A DNA stretch of 64,000 nt from Tubulanus polymorphus (lineage: Eukaryota; Animalia; Nemertea): positions 10,796,655-10,860,654 of the forward strand of contig NC_134033.1 of NCBI RefSeq assembly GCF_964204645.1, written 5' to 3'. Positions 49,875-61,028 of this stretch are shown in pieces. The notes below the pieces were generated by a model. The model had not been told where the DNA came from and ran no database searches. It saw only the letters and a list, made by a program, of their open reading frames with translations. Made by a program: the position numbers and the translations under genes. Each line of letters starts with the position of its first letter. The stretch's first letter is position 1.

Positions 49875-50957
49875 ATGTCAACGGCGAAGAATCAGACATT
49901 GTCTGACGTTAGTTTATGGCATCCTGACCCGCGATGTGGCAAGACGATGCACCCGCTCTCCGAGGCTTTAGTCACCGACTCTTTCTATCGCTATGAACTG
50001 TCGATTATTATTCTTCGTACTGTTCTATTCTCGATAGGAATTTTTGCTAATTTCTTTTCGTTTGTGGTTATGAGTGTGATGTCACTTCGAGGAAGCAGTG
50101 TGGTATATCTGAGATGTTTAGCGTTGTCGGATACGATAACCTGTATCACCGCCTTTTTAGGGCGCCAGTTGTTTTGGTTGTACAGGCGAACGCGATATTT
50201 CGACCATCTCAAGAATGAACCTTATATCCACATGTTGTTCTATCCGTATTTCTTCATTACGGATTCCGTTTATCAAAGTTCCATGCACGTAAGTGGAATG
50301 TTTTTACTGGCTTTGTCGGTAGACCGATTCGTCGCCATAAGAAAGCCTTTACTCGCGCGACGGTTGTGTTCTGAAGAAAAAGCAAAAATGATGGCCATTG
50401 TTCTGTCCTTGGTAACGTCAGCCTTATGCATTCCTAAATTCTGGGATGTCAGAGCTTACAAGCGTTTACATAAATGTACCGGTATTTTGTTCGTTACTAT
50501 TAAAGCTTACCTTGTACACAATCCTACCTATGGTTTATGGTATGATGTAATTCTCACTAAAGTTGTACTTATTTTGTTCCCTGGTCTGATCATACTTTCC
50601 TGTAACTTGCTCATGTTGATTACAATTCGTAAAGCAACATCCGAACGGAAGAATCTTTCGAATTCATCCGAAAAACCGGACACGAAACAAGGCCAACAAA
50701 TAACCAAAGTAATCATTGTATTGTCTACTATTTATCTTGTATCAGCCCTATTAGATTGTTATATTACGTTTTCGTGGTTTTTGCCAGCTCTACATGACTA
50801 TAGACCACGTCAAATTGTCGACGTGTTTCTTTGTATCAATTCGTCAATAAACTTTTTTGTGTATCTCGTCATCCGGCGCGGTTTTGCGAAAACGTTTCTT
50901 TGGTGTTTAACGTGTACACTTCTTGGTAAATCTGCTTTAGCGAAAAACAACCTTTGA
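49875..50957 (+). CDS. Intronless class A GPCR, FMRFamide-receptor-like/chemoreceptor-like family
   Basis: 360-aa ORF with seven TM segments, GIFAN (TM1), YLRCLALSD (TM2), LSVDRFVAI (DRY) and INSSINFFVY (TM7). AATAAA near 51018. Confidence 0.9.
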   Translation: MSTAKNQTLSDVSLWHPDPRCGKTMHPLSEALVTDSFYRYELSIIILRTVLFSIGIFANFFSFVVMSVMSLRGSSVVYLRCLALSDTITCITAFLGRQLFWLYRRTRYFDHLKNEPYIHMLFYPYFFITDSVYQSSMHVSGMFLLALSVDRFVAIRKPLLARRLCSEEKAKMMAIVLSLVTSALCIPKFWDVRAYKRLHKCTGILFVTIKAYLVHNPTYGLWYDVILTKVVLILFPGLIILSCNLLMLITIRKATSERKNLSNSSEKPDTKQGQQITKVIIVLSTIYLVSALLDCYITFSWFLPALHDYRPRQIVDVFLCINSSINFFVYLVIRRGFAKTFLWCLTCTLLGKSALAKNNL

Positions 50958-53510
50958 ATTCATTGTGATTACTTTATGATAATTCTGATGATATTTCTTT
51001 ATTTGTCTCATTTTTACAATAAATTTCATACAATGTCATAAATACAGCCGTGAATGTTTTGTAAAAAGGGGAAAGGACCGAAAGGACAGTGGGCAAGTCA
51101 GAAGGCTGTGCTCGAGTGGAGGCCCAATTATAAAGACGATTGGTTCATTTATCCGTCAAAATGATGCACGTGACCGACAATCCATGACCCTCGCAAGGTA
51201 CAGGATGGATTTAGGAGGGGGTCTCGTGGGTCCAACCCTGTGCTCCCTATTGAGGTGGCCCATTTCATCAAGACAGAGACCGCTGGTGCAAATTTGACAC
51301 TCATCCTTGCGGAAATTGCATGTTTCAAAGTATTTCTAAGCAAATATCTAATACCGAAGTTGGGACCCCTATGAAACGACTGCTTTACCTAAGAAAATAC
51401 CTTTTCATCTGGAGCCTGGACTCCCGAATATCCTAGAATAGATAAATCGCGCCCTGAATAAATTGCAAATAAAGATATGAACAGATTTATACATCATACC
51501 TACCCTAGCAGCAGCCTCAGGCATACTGCAGTCACACTAGCTCATCAATTTCTGAATAGCATTTTCAATTCACTGGTTCTCGTAGTTCCAAGATGTTTAG
51601 CGCATTACCCAAGTTTGGAAACAACATTTAGATTCTTATTTAATCATGCGTTGGGTAACTGGTTTAGAAAATTGCTGGAATAGTTTATGAACGATGCAGG
51701 AATATGAATTGAATCTATTAGAACATGTTATCAAATCTAATCAAATAAACATATTTTCATGATCCACACACAGCGATGCCAGATTCAATGAATTCTGGCG
51801 GTCAAATATCATTTGATTTTATCATAATGATATTATGAGAGTGTAAGATGAAGATCGAACATAAGGTGCCCGAAATCTGTCGGAACTCTTATAGCCGCTG
51901 AATAAAACCTCTAGCTTCACCAGATATTTACAAGACCTGCTTGAATTCTTGATCTAACATTTCAAAAGTTTACACGGGCAAATCTATCAATTTAATCATT
52001 ATGATATACTGGCATCCTACACTTACGCGTTGACAGGCATAGCTTTCTAGATTATAAAGATAGATTAATAGAAAAGATTTCATTGCACTACATGATGATG
52101 GTACTGGAGAAGGTGATTGTGGAGATGGAGATGGGGCTGGTGGTAATGTCATCCACTCGGCTAGTCATCCAGTGACCCGGACATCCAGTCATACAGTCAC
52201 CTAAACGATCAGTCACCCGAACAACCAGTAATCCAGTCATCCAATCGGCCAGTCGTCCAGTCACTCGGTCATCCAGTTGGCCAGTCGTCCAGTCACTCGG
52301 TCATCCATTCATCCGGTCCTCCACTTACCCAGTATACCATTTTACCCGTGTACAGTCGGTGGAGTCTTCGAATCATGTGAAAAAGGAGAACCGAATCGAA
52401 TCACTACCGATGTATGGATCATGTTCCTACCCAGGACCGTCACCCATGGCATTTCTATTTGCAAATTAAGTTACAATGCAAGACATCTGTTAAACCTTTC
52501 AAATAGTGATCATCCATAACTTGAACTAAAAAGGCAACTGGATTCCAGGCTACATAATGTCTGAAGGGGTGGCTCCCGGTGACAGAATGTCGAAAGTAGT
52601 GGTTCAAGGCTGCATAATGCCTAACGGGGTGGCTCCAGACCGGCTACGGAATGTCTGGTGGGGTGGTTTTCGGGATACAGAAGGTTTAAAAGTTTGGTTC
52701 AGGATACGGAATGTTTGGAGGGGTGTTTTAAGGATACAGATTGATACATGCAATACGACGATACATGGGCAGATTGATACTCATCGGTCTCCAGTCAAAT
52801 ATCACTAGCAGTAGTGATCGTGGACGTTGTCAGTATTTTAAAAGGGGATCAGATTTACAAGGAGTGTGACTCCAAGTGCTGAAGGCTGTGGAGTGCAATC
52901 CAGCCAAGACTATTAAGCATTTTTCTAAACCAGTTTCTAAACGCGTATTTGAATAAAATCTAAATGTGGTTTGATGGACACGTTCGGAATTTTGTGGAAT
53001 ACACTAACATCTTAACTTACCACCAGTGAATTGAAAATACAATTCAGAAATTTAATAGCGAATGTATGTTTGATGTTGCTGCATTATAAATTTAATGGTT
53101 TTTTGCAATTACCTCCTGCAGGGGCAGATCTTGGAAATTTGGAAGGCATGGACCCAGAAGAAGAGAAAAAGCATTTCGTCAGATAAAGCGGCCACTTCCT
53201 TTGCGACTAGCGGGTTCCAACCCTCGGTTTCAAATATCTTCAAAGAAATACAGCTGAGAATATGCAAGTTCCGCAAGGATGAGTGTCAGATTTGCAGCAT
53301 GTATGATACCAGTCTTGGTGAAATGTGCTTCCTCAGTGGGAAGGCAACGGATCAGGACCCCGGAGACCACCCCATCCATTCGCCCCTGCTCCTTGTGACA
53401 AGGATCGTGGAATATTCGTCGAGAGCCTTATTTCGACAGATATTAACTGCTAATCTTCTTTATGGCGTATTGACAATGAGGAGTTTGATTAAAGGACATT
53501 TTGATTCTTG

Positions 53511-54576
53511 CTAACCAGATTTACCAAAAAGTGTACAAGATAAACACCAAATAAATGTTTTCGCAAAACCGCGACGGATGGCGAGATAGACAAAAAAGTT
53601 AATTGAAGAATTGATACAAAGAAGCAAATCGACAATTTCATACGGTCGGTAGTCATGTAAAACTGGCAAAAGCCACGCCAACGTGTTATAGCCATCGACT
53701 AGGCTTGCTATAAGATAGATAGTTGACAATACAATGATTACTTTGGTTATTTGTTGACCTTGTTTCGTGTCCGGTTTTTCGGATGAATTTGAAAGATTCT
53801 TCCGTTCGGATGTTGCTTTACGAATTGTAATCAACATGAGCAAGTTACAGGAAAGTATGATCAGGCCAGGGAACGAAATGAGTACGACTTTAGTGAGAAT
53901 AACATCGTACCATAAAGAATAAGTCGGATTATGTGCAAGGTAAGCTTTTATAGTAACGAATAAAATACCAGTACATTTATGTAAACGCTTGTAGACTCTG
54001 ATATCCCAGAATTTAGGAATGCATAAGGCTGACGTCACCAAGGACAAAACAATGGCAATCTTCTTTGCTTTTTCTTCAGAACACAACCGACGCGCGAGTA
54101 AAGGCTTTCTGATGGCGACAAAGCGATCTACTGACAAAGCCAGTAAAAAAATTCCACTTAAATGTATTGAACTTTGATATATGGTATCCGTAATGAAGAA
54201 ATATGGATAGAACAACATGTGGATATAAGGTTCATTCTTGAGATGGTCGAAATATCGCGTTCGCCTGTACAACCAAAACAACTGGCGCCCTGAAAAAGGC
54301 GGTGATACAGGTTATCGTATCCGACACCGCTAAACATCTCAGATATACCACACTGCTTCCTCGAAGTGACATTACATTCATAACCACAAACGAAAAGAAA
54401 TTAGCAAAAATTCCTATTACGACTAAAACGGTACGAAGAAGAATTATCGATAGTTGATATCGATAGTAAAAGTCAGTGGTAAAAGCCTCGGAGAGCGGAT
54501 GCATCGTCTTTCCACATCGCGGGTCAGGATGCCATAAACTAATGTCAGACAATGTCTGATTCTTTGCTGTTGACAT
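53511..54576 (-). pseudogene. Inverted paralogue of the 49875 GPCR with a 1-nt frameshift (pseudogene or assembly error)
   Basis: ORFs 54232-54576 and 53511-54281 together align end-to-end with the + copy. The minus copy reads gcctttttCagggcgc versus gcctttttagggcgc (extra base at 54292). A further indel shortens the C-terminus (KSG* vs KSALAKNNL*). Confidence 0.8.
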
Positions 54577-56956
54577 GATCCAAGCATATTACGAGCTCCT
54601 AACTACGATGCCAAATAAATATCTTTTATTAAGTCGTGCGTAAATCTATTGTGTTCACACATTCGACATTTATTCTATTAAATTTCTGAGCTGGAGATGT
54701 CGTTTTGATACATAATGGAACGTTACTTTAAAGCTCCATCGACAAAACTTTAACGCGCTGTTCAACTTAGATATGTGTTTTGCCCTGTTTTGCATGTGAA
54801 TCTACATTCGGCTGCTTTTACTCATTGGTTAAGTCAAATATGATTAATTTTCCTTGCATTGTCCACTTTCGTTGGATTCCAAATTTCAAATGATTCCGGA
54901 AATAATACCGCTGCAAACTGCCGTACTACCAGTATTTTGTAATACTAATCGATAGTACACAAACTAACCAGACACTCTTTTACTGCTTATTAATTATTCG
55001 TAGGTTACTGTTACTGCTGCATACGCAATGAGACCGAGAGGTGTAATTCTGTGTGTTGACTAATGTTCCAGTCAGTTCAGTTACGTTAAGTCAGCCTCAA
55101 GGTGATTCGTTACATTTTTCAATATGTCAAAAGTTCCATGATTTATTTTATCATCAAATTGATATTCCATCCAACTTTGACAGAAATTATATGAACATCC
55201 TAATGATTTGGATTGATAATAATTTTCTGTTTTAAATCAAATAATCTATTTCTGAAAACAATTAACTATGATTCATCTTATAATTCAAACCTGGATTATA
55301 TTTTCTAAACACATAATTTCTGATATAGGCAGGATTATCTGTATAAGGAATAATCATATAATCAGAATTACTCGTTCCAAATTTCTTATTTTTATTAGGG
55401 TTTCTGCTGCTTTCGCAGAAACCCTCTTGTAATTCTGTTGATTATTATTATCATTATTATTATTATCATGAATTTTCCGCTTTCCAGCCAAACATTTTTC
55501 ATGAAATGTAACTCCTCTCAGATTCGACTGCTAACAGCTAATAAACGTAATTTTCAATGATGAAAGAAATATAACTCAGCGCCTGACCATTTCGAATTTG
55601 CGTATTGTAATTCATTATGAATTAATTCCGCGTAATTGTTGGGTCTAAACAGCAAATAAGAATGTCGCAAGCCTCATAATCTATTGATAAATGTACATCC
55701 CGAAAAGCCTACAAATTACCGGACGACCTTGAGCTTCAAACTCAACCGTAAATCACGGATTCGGACACGGATTCGGACTTACATCAGTCTGGATCCGTCA
55801 TTTCCCGCGAACAATAACTACAGCGGTTCGCAATAAACAACGGCGGATGGTTGAATCATTTTCGGCTTTAATTTATCGCGAGTTTTAGGACGTAAATGAA
55901 TTTCACGGAACCATGATCCCTAAAATGAGTCAATTGATTAATTCTATTTGTAAGTAAATTGACGTTGGCTACAATTCCTGGAGATTTCTGGCTCAAATCA
56001 ACGTAATATGGACAGAAATAGCAGGGTTTTTCATATGGAATTCTACTTCTGCGTTCACTTGACGATCGATGACAACGACGACAGCAGATTTTATGTAATT
56101 TCAGATGAGAATCCGTTACCCAGGGAATGTTTTATGTGCCATTTACTTAGTAAAAAATTATGCGTCAATAAGAGGAATATATTTTTGTTTTTCTAAATAA
56201 TCAATTGTTGAATTAGATAAAGTAACTGCTAACGTTAATTTTAAAATATCATCCTCCAATTATATAGAAAAAAATTACCCATATATTTTACCCAACATTT
56301 TTACCCAAAAACCTACATACCACGTGCCTCGTGCCCTTGGTTTCAAACCCCAAATTTACACTTACTGGTGTGTGAATGTTTTCTAGATTCTGCCAGCTAC
56401 CAAAGTCCTTCGTTTTGCAAATTTCTCAAAGCGTCACCTTTTCCATTTCCAGTATATAGTGGAGCCGTTTGATACTCGGGGATATTAATTATAGCAAAAT
56501 TACTACCCACATGACCAAAGGACTACTACGTCACAATCATTTGCTTTTAACACATCGGACTACCACCCACAGGACTAACTGACTGCTTCTAAATCATTGG
56601 ACTATAACACATTGGACTACATACCACCCCACGATCAACGGACTAGGCCTACATCACGATCGTTGAACTACGGAATATAGTCATTGGACTAAAACGTTCA
56701 TTTTGTAAGATTTGTAAAATGGCGTTATTTGTGTTTGTCAGCCAACAATAAACCATTATCTGTAAACATATATGAACTTTGTTCTAGTTTGAATGATATC
56801 TCGGAGCCGAAACTGCTTTCACGAGCGGTTTCCAGTTTGTTTTTTTTTCTGCTGTCCCTGATATTTCTAGATAATAAAAGCGAGCCTCAATTCACGTAGC
56901 GAGTGATTCACCAGAGCGCGCAGTTTCATGAGTGTTTTGCTAATTCAAAACACGCT

Positions 56957-57245
56957 GGTTCAAACCCCTCTAAATCTTCTATTCCCCTCTAAATCTTCTA
57001 TTCAGCATCAGGACCCCACTCTGAATCGGTGTCATTAATTACTGGGTTCGAACCCGGGACACCCCTGTACATCCTCTATTCAACATCAAGACCACTCTGA
57101 ATCAGTATCGGTAATTACTGAGTTCGAACCCGGGACACCCCTGTAAATCCTCTATTCAACATCAGGACCACTCTGAATCAGTGTTAGTAATTACTGGGTT
57201 CGAATCCGGGAACCACTGTACACATGCTATTCAGCATCAGAACAA
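56957..57245 (-). repeat. Inverted copy of the 76-bp GGGTTCGAACCC satellite
   Basis: ttcgaa cores at 57047, 57123 and 57199 (period 76). Confidence 0.85.
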
Positions 57246-57867
57246 TCATTACTCTCAGATGTAATAATTCAAGGGGTCTATTGCAGGATTTTGATGTGTT
57301 TACCTTAAATCTGAAGTCTCATTTTGTGCGGCCCCATTCGGTCTGTGAAAAGTCCATTTTTGAATTACCGACTGCTAATTTGTGTTTTGGTTTTACAACT
57401 GGCGCTGCGATATTTCAGCAGGATTTACTGTTAATCAGGTTCAAATCCCTGCCGACGGTGGATTGAACAAGTATACGTTTGGGGTCGGTATCTTTTAAAC
57501 GCGTTTAAATCCACGCACCTTGTCAATGCTTATCAAATTTGCGCTGCGGGTGAGGCTGGTTTTACCCTAGAGGAGGATGTCTCCAACCACTTCTGATACG
57601 AAGATTGTCCCGGTTCGTTGGTTAGGCTACTCGGTGTACAAGTTTATTTCCGTGTAGGCTCCGTACTTTGCGTCTCTGTTTTCGAATCTAGAGACCACGG
57701 GCCAAGTATTTGTTGTCAGCGGCAAAAATGACACTGATAAAAATACAAATAAAGTAAGTAAGTACAGTTAGTTTCTTTTTATAAATAATTTTATTCGTCG
57801 ATCGATTTCTTCAAATAATGACAGTATTGAGTAATGCAAGGCAAGGCAAACCGAGCGGGATCAAATA

Positions 57868-58550
57868 TTATTGATGTAGGTGAATTTGTCTGTTTCTTCC
57901 AGGACCAACGATCCGTTTGAAATGCATCGTCATCGTCGTTATATTTGGATTATAACCCAAAATCAGATGCACGACTCCGCGATCGATAAGGCGAGTGACA
58001 ACCGCTCGTCGCCTGCCGCCACGTAGAAGTACCCGGATACTGACGTCATACACGCGATATCGATTTCTCGTCTCATATACATTTCCGCCTCCGATTTTAT
58101 TTCCTTCTTTTGCGACATCGTTTTGAAGACGGAAGTAATCTTTGGCTACGATAAGTTGAATAACTGCGGGATCGTTATCGTAGAAATGAAGCCGTCTTGT
58201 CATTTCTATATCCCAATGTTCCTGGTTGGTCGCCAGTTGTTGGAATTCGTAGGTCGTCATGAAATGTTTGTTCTCGAAGTCGTTGCTGAGATATCGCTTC
58301 CACTGTTCCTCGTGTCTGACATGTACTGAACAAATATAAACAAAACGTTATGAAAACCTGGTGATCAGAAAAGTCTTACCCGATTCTTCTAGAACGAAGA
58401 GGTCTCCGGTGGAGTTCCCCGGTAGACCGTTTTACCTCGTTTTACCGCCTCGATGTTACCGCCATTCAACTGCTCTTCAGACACTTCGTTATCGGTGGCA
58501 TTGACCCAGATTATAGACACGACGATCAAAGCTACGATATTCCTGACCAT
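57868..58550 (-). CDS. Orphan secreted prepro-protein, about 190 aa, 2 exons
   Basis: Exon 1 (58436-58550) reads MVRNIVALIVVSIIWVNA-TDNEVSEEQLNGGNIEAVKR with donor G|gtaaaa. It joins in phase to exon 2 (57868-58325; acceptor ttcag), which contains ORF 57868-58260. TATAAA on minus at 58772-58777, AATAAA on minus at 57790-57795. Confidence 0.65.
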
Positions 58551-59129
58551 TTTCCTATCTTCAAAGAACAACAACTTCTTTCTTCGGAATGAAAATAACT
58601 ATCAATATTTGATCGTTTGTTAAATGTAATTCAATTCAAATGACAAAAACTAAAAACCCATGAATTTATTTCATGTTTAACTTATATTTCATCCCGCTAC
58701 TGTCTTACCTTCTTCTCGACCGCTCAAACCCGAACCGATTGATTACAAACAATCGCCGAGGACACTGACTATTTATATTCGTGTTTTATGTCAGTATTTA
58801 TTGTTAATAAAGATATCCATCATCAAATATATTTATTGTCTTCAAATACAGGCCACGCTGATGATCCAATAAAATAAAGATAACGTTAATTTCCGCAGCT
58901 CTTCCAACCCATAGACGTGTGGTCATCCATAGCCCAAACGCCGGCACAAATTCGAACCCAGAGGCTTTCGTAAGCTCTCGTAGGCCCACTTATGAAGTTG
59001 GTTAGTTCTAACAACCCGACACGTTGTTACAGTGCTTGAAACCGACAGTTTTATGCCAACAGTAAAAAGGTATGAAATCAGGCGTAACGTTATATCTCGG
59101 AATGCCTTTAACCCTAAACCTAACAGCTC

Positions 59130-59198
59130 TAACCCGATCAGAACTCGATCCTGCAGCCTCCAGCATGCCAGCCGAGCATGTGCTAACCGCTAGACCAT
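59130..59198 (-). mobile_element. tRNA-derived SINE-like head
   Basis: Minus strand has an A-box-like TGGTCTAGCGG and a B-box-like GGATCGAGTTC about 40 nt apart; no clean cloverleaf. Confidence 0.45.
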
Positions 59199-59779
59199 AG
59201 ACCAGTAGTGACTGAGTTTGTTTATAGGTTTGTCTGCAGAGTGTGGCGAATGGTGACAGTCAGGTGTGGCTCACTAACTATATCCGCTATAATTATCTGC
59301 TGATCACCATATATTCTTAATAAGGGGTATTACCAATACTGATAAGGGTATTTCGCAATTAGGTCTGGCAATTTCTTCACTAAGAAAACTAATATGGCCG
59401 GATTAAATGCCCGCGATGACTCACTCTCAATAGACCCGCGGAGCTCTATCATTATTCCTCCTATAGATAAGTCTGTATAATGTGTGTGAATGGTACAGGT
59501 GAATTCATAATCAATTTGTTTTATGATTCTAGTCATAACGTAAATAATTGTTTATCTATAGCGGAGACTATAGCACTTTAAAATGTCAGTTCAAAAACCA
59601 CAAATTAATTCAACTGTGAGCTTCTCTTCTATCGACATGTGAACATTAATTACAGTCAGTTATTAACGTACCCATTATGATGCGATTAGACTCGTGTGCG
59701 ATAGTCGTCCTCATTCAGAAGATGAATTTAATTGTGTAATATTTTCATATCCAGGAATGTTTAAATGCGGCGATCAATG

Positions 59780-60135
59780 TCTGGACTCAGTTCCACAGTT
59801 ACTGGATTCGGTTCCGCAGTTACTGGACCCATTTCCACAGTTACTGGACCCATTACCATAGTTACTGGACCCGTTTCCACAGTTACTGGACCCTTTTCCA
59901 CAGTTACTGGACCCATTTCCACAGTTACTGGACCCGTTTCCACAGTTACTGGACCCATTTCCACAGTTACTGGACCCGTTTCCACAGTTACTGCACCCAT
60001 TTCCACAGTAACTGGACCCATTTCCACACTTACTAGACCCAGTTCCACAGTTCTGGACTCAGTTCCACAGTTCTGAACCCAATTCAACAGCTCTGGACCC
60101 AGTTCTACAGTTACTGGACCATATTCCTCAGTTCT
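59780..60135. repeat. 21-bp minisatellite (ttccacagttactggacccat)
   Basis: About 16 units, related to the reverse complement of the 30405 array. Confidence 0.92.
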
Positions 60136-60455
60136 GGGCTGGGTGCCACATTTCTGTTATTCGAATATGGCTCAAATGGTTCTATCGGCTCGATTGAGTG
60201 AAATTGGGGGAATTGGACAATATGAGGTTGATGCCACCAAAATACCAGTTAAATGAATATAAAGCTTTCAGGACAACCCAGATCGTATGATAACAAATAA
60301 CACTAATCAGAGCTGCTATTGACCAATTCTTCTCTTTAGCTCTATTTCATTTCCTCTCATACCTATCCTCTAAATAGTTAGGGAAAAACGATCGAAAAAT
60401 GTATCCAAAACAAAATAGCGGCTAGCAACTTTAAAATGGTTTATTGTAGATAAAC

Positions 60456-60682
60456 TATGGTGGCTGATAAGGGCCATAGCGTAAAATTCCTGGTATGTAA
60501 ATGAGGGCGCCAGAACGCCAAAACGAAAAAAACGTCCAATTTTCTCTGAAAGTTCGTTTTGGTGCGCCAAAACGAACTTTTAGAGAAAATTGGACGTTTT
60601 TTTTCGTTTTGGCGTTCTGGCGTTCTGGCGCCCTCATTTACATACCAGGAATTTTACGCTATGGCCCTTATCAGCCACCATA
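60456..60682. mobile_element. Near-perfect 227-bp palindromic MITE with 6-bp TSD
   Basis: tatggtggctgataagggccatagcg...cgctatggcccttatcagccaccata, flanked by ataaac at 60450-60455 and 60683-60688. Confidence 0.85.
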
Positions 60683-60966
60683 ATAAACCAACAATACACT
60701 ATGAAATAAGCTATTTATACGCTAAACTGAAATGAATATTTGAAGCTATAACGCCCGGATATCAAGTCAATTTGAGGTTTCTTATTATCGGGTCAGAAGC
60801 GCCACGTGGATGTAACCCCCCCCGCATTAACTGGCTGTAATCATAATGATCATATCAATCATAACAATAGATGCAACTGTCAATGTTCTTATCATTAATG
60901 AGTTAATGATCTCTACTTATTGTGTTCTCTAACTGATAAGTATTATCGGTAAGCTTGTCCAGACTG

Positions 60967-60973
60967 TATAAAA
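60967..60973 (+). promoter_or_regulatory. TATA box of the CUB-serine protease gene
   Basis: TATAAAA about 60 nt upstream of the ATG, with an Inr-like TCAGT near 61004. Confidence 0.55.
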
Positions 60974-61028
60974 TGACCAGTGGTCAGTGTTGTGGTTAGT
61001 GCTTCAGTCTCCATAGATACTGCAGGCA

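Noticed and set aside
59130-59198. tRNA gene
   Set aside because: A/B-box-like motifs are present but the acceptor and anticodon stems do not pair convincingly; treated as a SINE head.
59761-60087. Mucin- or antifreeze-like STVTGP repeat ORFs
   Set aside because: 21-bp minisatellite related to MITE termini; open on both strands simply because the unit is a multiple of 3.
60455-60683. Mirror-image 60-aa ORFs on both strands
   Set aside because: Consequence of the palindromic MITE.
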